Below, piece after piece: positions 1-8,438 of a stretch of DNA of 64,000 bases; the stretch's first letter is position 1, and each line of letters starts with the position of its first letter. The DNA is from Candidatus Deferrimicrobiaceae bacterium (lineage in GTDB: Bacteria > Desulfobacterota > Deferrimicrobia > Deferrimicrobiales > Deferrimicrobiaceae): assembly GCA_963792415.1 (NCBI GenBank), contig CAWBVY010000006.1, positions 288,001 to 352,000 of the forward strand, in the 5' to 3' direction. The notes beneath the pieces were generated by a model, which worked only from the letters and a program-made list of their open reading frames with translations, was not told the DNA's origin and ran no database searches. The translations under genes were made by a program, and so were the position numbers.

Positions 1-351
1 GCGGAAGACCTGGAAACGGTCACATGGAAGGCACCCCTTTCATAGGCATCCACGCGGGGGAGAAGGACATGGTGCGGCAGTTCGGTGTGGACACCGGCTT
101 TGGCTGGGTATCGGAACCTCGTTCCTCGAAGAAAACTTGGAGGGACAACCCTCGAGGTGCGCATACGAAACCTCCAGGTTCCGAAAGAAGACGCCCACCG
201 GGTTGTTGTGCCTCTGCGTGAATCTTTTTATTCGCCGGTTCGAAGCTGCCACTGACCTGCTCCCCTGCCTGTCGCACCCTCGCCCTGAATTTTCTCTTCC
301 TCGATCTCCGACAATGGGGTAAATAAAGGAATCACTACTCAGAGGCAGACG

Positions 352-805
352 ATGTCCGGGGTCCAACGAAATACCTTCCTTGCGGTTCTCCTGGCGACCA
401 CGATATCGACCCTGTTGGCCTGCTCCACTCTTTCAGCGGACGTCAAGGTCCTCCGCAATCAGGCAAACGCGGGAGACGTGGAAGCCCAATGCCAGCTCGG
501 GGTCATGTATGCCAACGGCGAGGGTGTCCCACAGGATTATCAGGTGGTATCGGAAGGCCGCAGAGCAAGGATACGCGGCTGCCCAGTACAACCTCGGCTT
601 GATGTATTCAAACGGTTCGGGCGTCCCGAAGGATTTCGTGCAATCGTATTTCTGGCTCAGCCTGGCTTCCTCAAGAACGTCAGGTGATGCAAACAAACGT
701 GCCTCCGAGGCAAGAGACCTGGCCGGAAACAAGTTGCCCCCCGATAAGCTCCTGGAAGCCCAGCGCATGATAACGGCATGGGAGAAATTGCACCTGCCGA
801 CGTGA
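352..805 (+). pseudogene. Sel1-repeat lipoprotein, frameshifted
   Basis: 352..~545 gives LLAC lipobox and AQCQLGVMYANGEGVPQDY; the Sel1 continuation RWYRKAAEQGYAAAQYNLGLMY is in another frame (ORF 380..805). Confidence 0.75.
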
Positions 806-941
806 TGCTTCAACGGACCTGCCCCCGGTATCGACAGCAGCAGTCCGACGCGGGAGACCCCGCCAAAACAGGTGACGGAAGGCTTCCGGCAATCCAGGTC
901 CGCAAGGGGAGACCCCTCCGGACCGTGCTATCTTGGGGCGA

Positions 942-2108
942 ATGAAGAACGTATCTACGAACCCGCGTTTCTCCCGCCGCGCCGAGGCGGTGACCCCGTT
1001 CCTCGCGATGGAGGTTTTCGAGCGGGCCAAGGCGCTGGAGGCCGAGGGGAGGGACATCGTTTATCTGTGCGTGGGGGAGCCCGATTTCCCATCGCCCGCA
1101 GTGGCATGCGAGGCCGCGATCCGGGGGATACGCGAAGGGGGGACCACCTACACCCATTCGCTCGGCCTTCCGGAACTGCGCGAGGCGATCGCGGAGCATT
1201 ACGCCCGGAGATACGGCGTCGCGGTCGACCCCGGGCGGATCATCGTCTCCTCCGGCACCAGCCCGCTCATGTTCCTTCTCTTTTCCGCACTGCTCGACAA
1301 AGGCGACGAGATCCTCCTTGCCGACCCTTGCTACTCCTGCTACCCCAACTTCATCCGCTTCCCGGGGGGGAATCCCTGCTTTCTCCGGACCCGGGAGGAG
1401 GACGGATTCCAGCCGCGCCCCGAGGAAGTCCGCCGTAGGATCACGCCGCGAACGCGCGGGATTCTCGTCAATTCGCCATCGAACCCGGCCGGCTCCCTCC
1501 TTCCCTCCGCCTGGCTCGAAGAGCTGGCTTCCCTGCCGATCCCTCTGATCTCGGACGAGGTGTACCATGGCCTGACTTACGAGGGGGAGGAACGCAGCGC
1601 CCTCGAGTTCGATCCGGAGGCCTTTGTCTTCGGGGGGTTCTCCAAGACCTTCGCCATGACGGGATGGCGGCTGGGGTACCTGATCGTCCCCTCATCCGGC
1701 GTGCGGGTTCTGCAGAGCCTGCACCAGAATTTCATGATCAGCGCGAACCACTTCGTCCAGCAGGCCGGAATCGCCGTCCTGAGGGAAGGACGGCGGGACG
1801 TGGAAATCATGCGGGACGCCTACGACCGGCGGCGCCTTCACATCGTCGAACGGCTTCGCGCGCTGGGCCTTGGCGTTCGCAGGATGCCCCAGGGCGCATT
1901 CTACGTGCTGGCCGACGCGCGTTCCATCCATCCCGATTCGCTGAAGCTCGCGATGGAGATCCTCGAGGCCACCGGAGTGGCCGTCACCCCCGGAATCGAC
2001 TTCGGCGAGGGTGCGCAGGGATATCTCCGCTTCTCCTACGCGAACTCGGTCGAAAACATCGATAAGGCGATGGACCGGCTCCGGGAGTACCTTTCGGCGA
2101 GGAAATAG
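942..2108 (+). CDS. PLP-dependent class I/II aminotransferase
   Basis: GEPDF, NSPSNPAG, SDEVY and FSKTFAMTGWRLGY motifs. Confidence 0.93.
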   Translation: MKNVSTNPRFSRRAEAVTPFLAMEVFERAKALEAEGRDIVYLCVGEPDFPSPAVACEAAIRGIREGGTTYTHSLGLPELREAIAEHYARRYGVAVDPGRIIVSSGTSPLMFLLFSALLDKGDEILLADPCYSCYPNFIRFPGGNPCFLRTREEDGFQPRPEEVRRRITPRTRGILVNSPSNPAGSLLPSAWLEELASLPIPLISDEVYHGLTYEGEERSALEFDPEAFVFGGFSKTFAMTGWRLGYLIVPSSGVRVLQSLHQNFMISANHFVQQAGIAVLREGRRDVEIMRDAYDRRRLHIVERLRALGLGVRRMPQGAFYVLADARSIHPDSLKLAMEILEATGVAVTPGIDFGEGAQGYLRFSYANSVENIDKAMDRLREYLSARK

Positions 2109-2282
2109 GAACCGCGAAATCCCCTTGTCCGGGAAGGGTCGTACCGAAGGATGCAGCGGGCGTCGTCGGAGCCGACAGGCTTCATGTCCTCGTGCTCCCC
2201 CCCCCTTGCATTTCGCCGCCGTTTATTGTATACAGTATGCAGATCAGTCTGCCTGCAGACGAATCCAATAAAGAGGTGACGC

Positions 2283-2381
2283 ATGAACTCCAAGATGACG
2301 CCTATGGTTTGGTTACTGCTTCTGACGGTAATCATCGGGTTCGGAGGGATCCTTTCCCTGGCGGTCAAGGCGATCCGCTAG
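2283..2381 (+). CDS. 32-aa single-TM small protein
   Basis: MNSKMTPMVWLLLLTVIIGFGGILSLAVKAIR* with AAAGAGGTGA RBS; below ORF-track cutoff. Confidence 0.45.
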   Translation: MNSKMTPMVWLLLLTVIIGFGGILSLAVKAIR

Positions 2382-2427
2382 CCGGTCGGGATATTTCCTG
2401 TCCGCCGGGCATTGAAACCCGTCATCC

Positions 2428-2520
2428 GGTCACAAGACGGTCACAAGCTCCTGCCGGAAAATCGATCCTTTATCCGTTAAGAGGATTTGGCGGAATCGAC
2501 GCTCGGGGTGCGCACCCGCA
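2428..2520 (+). repeat. att-like module copy C (arm repeats, 50 bp, core)
   Basis: GGTCACAAG at 2428 and 2439; GACGCTCGGG 2498-2507; spacer GTGCGCA; CCCGC. Confidence 0.75.
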
Positions 2521-2746
2521 CCCGAGCCTCTCGCGCCGCGCCGGTCCACCATCCGTCGCCATTCGGCCGTGTTGAGCCTCACCCCACCCCTGGTCCAACC
2601 CCAAGAATAAAGAATCCCCTCCTTCGCTTCGCGGTCCGGGAGTGTCGCCATGACGACGACCCGGGACATGCCGCAGGGAACCCCGCGCAGTGAAACGGAA
2701 TCTGAAATGGAAGCGCTCAATCTTTCGAGGGGCCGGAGGAAGGAAA

Positions 2747-3352
2747 ATGAGAGCGTTTCTGGAGCAACCGATGAGAAGATCCGACTTCCTCAGGTTCGGT
2801 TTCGCCGTCGCGGGAGCGTTGTTCCTTTCTCCGTGCCCCTGGTGGGAGAGGACCCCGGCCGCGGAAGCCGCAGAGGAGGCAGGGGCGCACCGGGGCGGAA
2901 AGGAGGAAACCATCAAGGTGTATTCCGTGGAGAAGAAGGAGTTCGTCACGGTCGGGAGAGTGGTGAAGACCGATGCGGAGTGGAAGAAGGTGCTGGAGTT
3001 CGAGCAGTACGTGGTGACACGGGAGAAAGGAACCGAGGAGCCATTTTCGGGGCAGTACGTCGATACCCGCGAAAAGGGGGTCTACCGGTGCGCCTGTTGC
3101 GGGAACGATCTCTTCCTCTCGGACACGAAATACGATTCCCGGACCGGGTGGCCCAGTTTCTACGCGCCCGTCGCCGAGGAGAACATTCGTCGGGAACCCG
3201 ACAGCGCCTCCCCCGCGATTCGCCCGGAGGTCCTATGCCGCCGGTGCGATGCACACCTCGGCCACCTGTTCCCGGACGGCCCGGGGCCGACCGGATTGCG
3301 ATACTGCATCAATTCGGCTTCCCTGGTTTTCATCAGGATGGAATGGAAGTGA
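2747..3352 (+). CDS. msrB: Peptide-methionine (R)-S-oxide reductase with Tat-like signal
   Basis: GTEEPFSG, CACC, GWPSF, CRRCDAHLGHLFPDGP, RYCINS; N-terminal RRSDFLR followed by hydrophobic stretch. Confidence 0.92.
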   Translation: MRAFLEQPMRRSDFLRFGFAVAGALFLSPCPWWERTPAAEAAEEAGAHRGGKEETIKVYSVEKKEFVTVGRVVKTDAEWKKVLEFEQYVVTREKGTEEPFSGQYVDTREKGVYRCACCGNDLFLSDTKYDSRTGWPSFYAPVAEENIRREPDSASPAIRPEVLCRRCDAHLGHLFPDGPGPTGLRYCINSASLVFIRMEWK

Positions 3353-3467
3353 CAGGAGCGCATCGAGGAAGTCCATGGAGAAACGGGAGCAAATCGGTGT
3401 AACATTACTCTACGGGATCGACGCGCAGGCACCGCTTCCAAGACCCGGAAAGGGGGAAACCTTCGCC

Positions 3468-3962
3468 ATGATCAAGGTGAAATCCTTTACCACCCAGCTC
3501 AAGATCTTCCAAACGCGTAACGAACTGGACGAACTGGACAAGGAGGTCAGCGGCTTCATCGCATCCCGGGGGATCAGGAAAGTGATCTCCATCAGCGATT
3601 CTTCCACGACAGGGAATTCGGGGGAAACGATCGGCCTGATCCGGGTGTTGGCTTACGAGGAGCCCGTGGCCGGATCCAGGGAACATTACCAGGAGCAGAT
3701 CGAATCCACGCTCAACGAATGGGGTGAAGAGATCGAAAAAATCCGGAAGAAGGCCGACAAACTGGGCGCGGAAGCCAGGGGCAAATACCGGGACCAGATC
3801 GCAGACCTGCGCGCCAGGCAGGAAACCGCAAGGGAAAAACTGGAGGACCTGAAGAGGGCCGGGGGGGAGGCGTGGGAGGATCTTCGGGGCGGTGCGGAAA
3901 CGGCCCTCGACGAACTGAAAAAGGGCGTGGAGGGAGCCGTCTCCAAACTTAAAAAAAGCTGA
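3468..3962 (+). CDS. Two-domain hypothetical protein with C-terminal coiled coil
   Basis: RBS GGGGGAAA; C-terminal half resembles small coiled-coil stress proteins (AWEDLRGGAETALDELK). Confidence 0.7.
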   Translation: MIKVKSFTTQLKIFQTRNELDELDKEVSGFIASRGIRKVISISDSSTTGNSGETIGLIRVLAYEEPVAGSREHYQEQIESTLNEWGEEIEKIRKKADKLGAEARGKYRDQIADLRARQETAREKLEDLKRAGGEAWEDLRGGAETALDELKKGVEGAVSKLKKS

Positions 3963-3970
3963 TCCGGTAC

Positions 3971-3997
3971 GACCGTTTTCAAAATAACCCGAAGGTC
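3971..3997 (-). repeat. tRNA-fMet-like att core, reverse orientation
   Basis: minus strand GACCTTCGGG-TTATTTT-GAAAACGGTC; plus strand ATAACCCGAAGGTC is identical to the tRNA-fMet anticodon 3' side. Confidence 0.7.
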
Positions 3998-4204
3998 TTG
4001 AGCTACCCCGAGGTATAAGGTAAGACCGAAAATCCTGTTTTGTCCCGAAGGATTTATCGTAAGACGCAAGCCGTCGCCATACTTATTGCAAGACATCCCT
4101 TAATGACTCTATGTATACGATATGGATTAATTTTCTGGCATGCAGGAGATCCCCCGACTTCACGAAAGCGGCGTTGGAGAGGGATCGACTCCCCGCATGT
4201 CGGA

Positions 4205-6937
4205 TTACGCTCTCTTCTTCCCCTTGCGGGTACGTGGTCTTTTCGGGATCCTTTTCCCGGGACCCTTCGCCGCCTTCTCGGACAATAACTCCAAGGCGCT
4301 TTCGAGCGTGATCGATTCGAGCGGGACACCTTTCGGCACCGTGGCATTGATCCCACCGTCGGTTACGTAGGGTCCATAGCGGCCGTCGAATAATCGGATG
4401 GCTGCCCCGGCCGGATTCACCCCGAGTTCCTTGAGCGGAGCCGCCTTCGCAGCGCCGAACGAACGCTTCCGGCCACGCTTCGGTTGGCGGAGCAACTCGA
4501 CGGCTTCATCGATCGTAATCGTGAACACCTGCTCATCGGATTCCAGCGACCGGAAATCGTCCCCATGCTTCACGTAAGGGCCAAAGCGACCGAAATTCGA
4601 TTCGACCGGTGCGCCGTTGTCCGGATGGAGACCGATCTCCCGCGGCAGCGACAATAATTTCAACGCGGTCTCCAGCGTGATGCCGTCGATCGATTCCCCT
4701 TCCGGCAGAGAGGCCCTCCGAGGCTTTGCGGGCTTCGTCCCCTTCGGAAGTTTCGGACCCTTCTTCTCCTTCTTCTCCTTCTTCTCCTTCTTCCCCTTCT
4801 CCGGCGTCTCGCCGAGTTGAACGTAGGGCCCGAACCTTCCGTCCATGACGTACACCGTCATCCCCGTCTTCGGATCGACGCCGAGTATTCTCGGGCCGGC
4901 GCTCTTTGCCGTCAGCAGCGCGAGCGCCTCGTCCAACCCGAAGTCGGCCGGGGCGATCCCGACCGCCAGCGACGCGGTGTTCCCCTCCCCGCCGACTCCC
5001 CGCTGGACGTAGGGTCCATACCGGCCGACCTTTATGACAATGGGTTCCCCCGTACCCGGATCCTCGCCGAGCGGATACGACGGATAATCGCCCCTGCGCT
5101 CCCTTCCCCTCTCGACCATGTTTTTCAGCCCGGGCCAATCCGGTCCGTCCGGTCCATTCCCGAAATAAAACTCCCGGAGGAACCCAAGACGCTCCAGGTC
5201 ACCGTTGGAAATGAGGTCGAGTTTCTCCTCGATGCGCCCGGTGAAGTCCATCTCGACCAGCGTGCGGAAATGTTCCTTCAGGAACACCGTGACGACGAGA
5301 GCCGTAAACGTCGGGATCAGCGCCTTCCCCTGCCGCCATACGTATCCTCGTTCCAGGATGGTCTTGATGATCGACGCGTAGGTGGACGGACGCCCGATGC
5401 CATCATCCTCCAGTCGCTTGACGAGCGACGCGTCGGTGTACCGCGCCGGTGGGGTCGTCTCGTGCGATTTCGGCAAAAGGTCCAGCAGTGACAACGCCGT
5501 GCCGCCGCCCGGCAGGGATACGCGGTCTCCCTTTTTGCATGCCGGAAGCACCGACTCCCGGTCCCCCAGGTCGGCCGCCGGATCGTCGCTCCCTTCCACA
5601 TAGGCGCGGAGGAATCCCGGGAACCGGATGACCTTCCCGGAAGCGGTAAAGACACACGGGGCGCCGCCCGCTCCGGCCGCCGTGATTTCGACGGCCGTGC
5701 GCAGCAGCTTCGCGTCGGCCATCTGGGACGCCACCGTACGTTTCCAGATCAGTTCGTACACCCTGGCTTCGTCCGCATGAAAGCGGCTTCCGGCCTTGTC
5801 GGGAGTCAAAGAGAAGTCCGTCGGCCGAATCGCCTCGTGCGCTTCCTGCGCGTTCTTGACCTTCGTCTGGTACCGGCGCGCGCCGCCGTAATACGCGTCC
5901 CCATACATCCCCCGGATCGTGCGACCCGATTCCTGCAGCGCCTTGTCCGACAACGTCGTCGAGTCGGTCCGGTGATAGGAGATCACGCCGTTATCGAACA
6001 GTTTCTGCGCCGCCGACATCGTCCGGTCGGCGGAGAGCCCGAGTTTCCGGTTGGCTTCCTGCTGCAGCGTCGAGGTGGTGAACGGCGCGGCCGGGTGTTG
6101 CGTCACGGGCTTTTCCTCCACCCCCGTGACCTCCCAGGGGATCGAGCCTCGCAACGTCTCCGCCAGCGCCGCGGAACTCGCACCGTCGAGCACCGTCACG
6201 GCCCCGTTCCCGGGCTTCCCCGTGGCGGCATCGAAATCCTTCCCGACGGCGACGCGCTTCCCATCCACTCGAACGAGCGTCGCCGTGAACTCCCGGCCTT
6301 CCCCGCTCAACGTCGCCTCAAGGTTCCAGAAGCCGGCTTTCCGGAAGGCTTTGCGCTCCTCCTCCCGCTCGACGACCAATCGCACGGCGACGCTCTGCAC
6401 GCGACCCGCACTCAGTTTTGGCGCGATCCACTTCCAAAGAACCGGCGACACCTGGTAGCCGAAGAGACGATCCAGGATCCGTCGGCTCTCCTGCGCATCC
6501 ACCAGGTTGCGATCGAGCCCGCGGGAATGTTCGATCGCGCCGAGAACCGCTTCTTCCGTGATCTCATGGAAGACGATGCGGTGAACGGGCACCTTCGGCT
6601 TCAACAGTTCGAGGAGATGCCAGCTGATGGACTCACCCTCCCGGTCCGGATCGGTGGCAAGGAGAACCTCCGACGCGTCCTTCAGGGCTGCCTTCATGTC
6701 ACGGATGGTACCCCTGCGGTCCGACGAGATGACGTAATACGACCGGAAATCGTTATCGACGTCCACCGCCATCGAGCCCCATTCCTTGTCCTTGATCGCT
6801 GCCGGCACCTCACTGGCGTTATTCGGAAGGTCGCGGACGTGGCCGACGCTTGCCATGACGCGATACCGGTTTCCCAGGAAGCCGGAAAGGGTACGGGCCT
6901 TCGTGGGGGACTCGACGATGAGTAATGGTATGGGCAT
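4205..6937 (-). CDS. topA: DNA topoisomerase I (type IA) with C-terminal repeats
   Basis: LIVESPTKA, ATDPDREGE, SAGRVQS, ISYHRTDS, GIGRPSTY; repeated GR(F/Y)GPYV C-terminal motifs. Confidence 0.96.
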   Translation of the reverse strand: MPIPLLIVESPTKARTLSGFLGNRYRVMASVGHVRDLPNNASEVPAAIKDKEWGSMAVDVDNDFRSYYVISSDRRGTIRDMKAALKDASEVLLATDPDREGESISWHLLELLKPKVPVHRIVFHEITEEAVLGAIEHSRGLDRNLVDAQESRRILDRLFGYQVSPVLWKWIAPKLSAGRVQSVAVRLVVEREEERKAFRKAGFWNLEATLSGEGREFTATLVRVDGKRVAVGKDFDAATGKPGNGAVTVLDGASSAALAETLRGSIPWEVTGVEEKPVTQHPAAPFTTSTLQQEANRKLGLSADRTMSAAQKLFDNGVISYHRTDSTTLSDKALQESGRTIRGMYGDAYYGGARRYQTKVKNAQEAHEAIRPTDFSLTPDKAGSRFHADEARVYELIWKRTVASQMADAKLLRTAVEITAAGAGGAPCVFTASGKVIRFPGFLRAYVEGSDDPAADLGDRESVLPACKKGDRVSLPGGGTALSLLDLLPKSHETTPPARYTDASLVKRLEDDGIGRPSTYASIIKTILERGYVWRQGKALIPTFTALVVTVFLKEHFRTLVEMDFTGRIEEKLDLISNGDLERLGFLREFYFGNGPDGPDWPGLKNMVERGRERRGDYPSYPLGEDPGTGEPIVIKVGRYGPYVQRGVGGEGNTASLAVGIAPADFGLDEALALLTAKSAGPRILGVDPKTGMTVYVMDGRFGPYVQLGETPEKGKKEKKEKKEKKGPKLPKGTKPAKPRRASLPEGESIDGITLETALKLLSLPREIGLHPDNGAPVESNFGRFGPYVKHGDDFRSLESDEQVFTITIDEAVELLRQPKRGRKRSFGAAKAAPLKELGVNPAGAAIRLFDGRYGPYVTDGGINATVPKGVPLESITLESALELLSEKAAKGPGKRIPKRPRTRKGKKRA

Positions 6938-7273
6938 ATTTCCTCGGTTTATCGAAGTTTGCTCGCCCGATCGCGAGCCCAGTCCATCATACCGCCTACC
7001 TTGTCTACCATATCCTGGCAATGAAATCGAAATTATCATGGGGAGAACGAAGGCTGGAAGACCGCTTTATCAGGTGACCGGTATTACTGAAAACGTAGAT
7101 TGGGATCGAGGGGGCCAGGACGCGATGAGATTCCAACGTCTCCTGTTGCCGCTGATTCCCTTCATGTTCTTCCTCCCCGGTGGCGGGCCTGTGCGAGGGG
7201 ATTGCAGTCCGTACGTCCTCCTGCGGCGAAAATCCCCTCGTCCGATCGGGACCCCAAAGGGGGGGGGCAGGTC

Positions 7274-7343
7274 GGACACAGTAGGGTCACAACTTTTCCA
7301 GTAATATAAAACACCCACCGGGCATCAAAAACCCGGCGGGTGT
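7274..7343 (+). repeat. Arm-type repeats plus hairpin (type-2 module)
   Basis: GGACACAGT/GGTCACAAC at 11-bp period, then ACACCCACCGGG...CCCGGCGGGTGT hairpin; homologous to 48125-48205. Confidence 0.65.
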
Positions 7344-7383
7344 CCCCTCTGCGATCCGGTACGGAAAGCGGAAATCTGACTTG

Positions 7384-7815
7384 TTAATCGTTCCGGCTTT
7401 TCTTTTCGTCGATAGATTTTAACAATATCAATTGGTCATCAAGTGCTGCAAGTGCACGATCCAACGCTTGTTGAGTATTTTTACACCAAGTAATCTTATG
7501 TTCTATTGTTCTAACAATAACTTCGTCAAGCTTGGACATTTTCGACAATACATCCTCGGATTGATCCTTCAATAACGGCTGCAATGTGGAATAATATTGG
7601 CCATAACTTTTTGACAAAGAGGACTGTACCTGGCGCCCCGTATCATCCAGGTAATCATAAGAACGATCTCCTTCCGGGGTAAGACAAATAACTTCTTCAC
7701 CATCATGATATGGCCTGTGGGGGGGTTCAATCCTTGAGTGGTTTAGCATGAAATCCGTAAAAGTATCCTTTATCTCTTTCGCCATGAGGTCAAGGGTATT
7801 CAATTTGGTTCCCAT
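7384..7815 (-). CDS. Hypothetical protein (AT-rich)
   Basis: 143-aa ORF with GGAGGGG RBS and upstream sigma70 promoter. Confidence 0.7.
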   Translation of the reverse strand: MGTKLNTLDLMAKEIKDTFTDFMLNHSRIEPPHRPYHDGEEVICLTPEGDRSYDYLDDTGRQVQSSLSKSYGQYYSTLQPLLKDQSEDVLSKMSKLDEVIVRTIEHKITWCKNTQQALDRALAALDDQLILLKSIDEKKSRND

Positions 7816-7878
7816 CGTGTGCCCCTCCGGAGCTTGGAATTTCCATGCGGAACGCCGCTGAGGTGGTCAAAGACTGCC

Positions 7879-7976
7879 AATATACTGTAAAGGAAATCCC
7901 GCGTCAACCGCGACCGACAGAAACCCTCGTTCCACTCCGAAAAAGGGTAGATGTTTGAAAGAGGTTTGCGTCCGTG
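7879..7976 (-). promoter_or_regulatory. Repeated promoter module (R2) with sigma70 TTGACG-17-TATATT
   Basis: minus strand TTGACG cgggatttcctttacag TATATT; homologous to 36772-36856 and 54661-54748. Confidence 0.65.
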
Positions 7977-8237
7977 CGCCCTCTGTTTACCGTCCTGCCT
8001 TCCGGGAGTTTCGACAATCCGGCAGCCGCTCATCAGGGACTGGCGCCATCATGCCCACGTCGATCCCCCCCTGGTCGCATTCCTGGACTTTTCCCCACGG
8101 CCCTTCTCCCCCCTCATCGGGAAAAATTATGCACATAAAGGGAAACTTTATTCCCTGAACAAGGAAGGGATCACGAATGGTACGACGTATATGCCAATAA
8201 TATTAAATAGTTAATATATTTCTCTCCTTGTCCTCTT

Positions 8238-8254
8238 TGGGTATCCAATTTGCA
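8238..8254 (+). promoter_or_regulatory. Possible sigma54 promoter of the multiheme cytochrome gene
   Basis: TGGGTATCCAATTTGCA has GG-N10-GC spacing, preceded by an AT-rich tract. Confidence 0.3.
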
Positions 8255-8438
8255 GTTTCTTTGGAGCCGGCGAAGGCCACTTCTCTTTAAGAAGAGATTT
8301 TCCGGGGTTCGCCGTACCGGGGGGATTCCACAGTCACCCACAGGATCGACGGGCGCCTGGACCCGGGTTCCTGCTACCGGGACCAAGGGAAGATCGACGT
8401 GAAGTGCAGGCAATGCCCCGGGCAGGACGGGAGGAGAC

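Noticed and set aside
1-221. Gene fragment at the window start
   Set aside because: Too short to assign a frame or family
5777-6925. Long antisense and alternate-frame ORFs (e.g. 5777..6925, 40628..42094, 42391..43899, 49967..51349)
   Set aside because: Shadows of well-supported genes in GC-rich DNA
8270-8438. Riboswitch in the cytochrome leader
   Set aside because: No recognisable c-di-GMP/GEMM or other conserved motif; an Rfam scan would be needed
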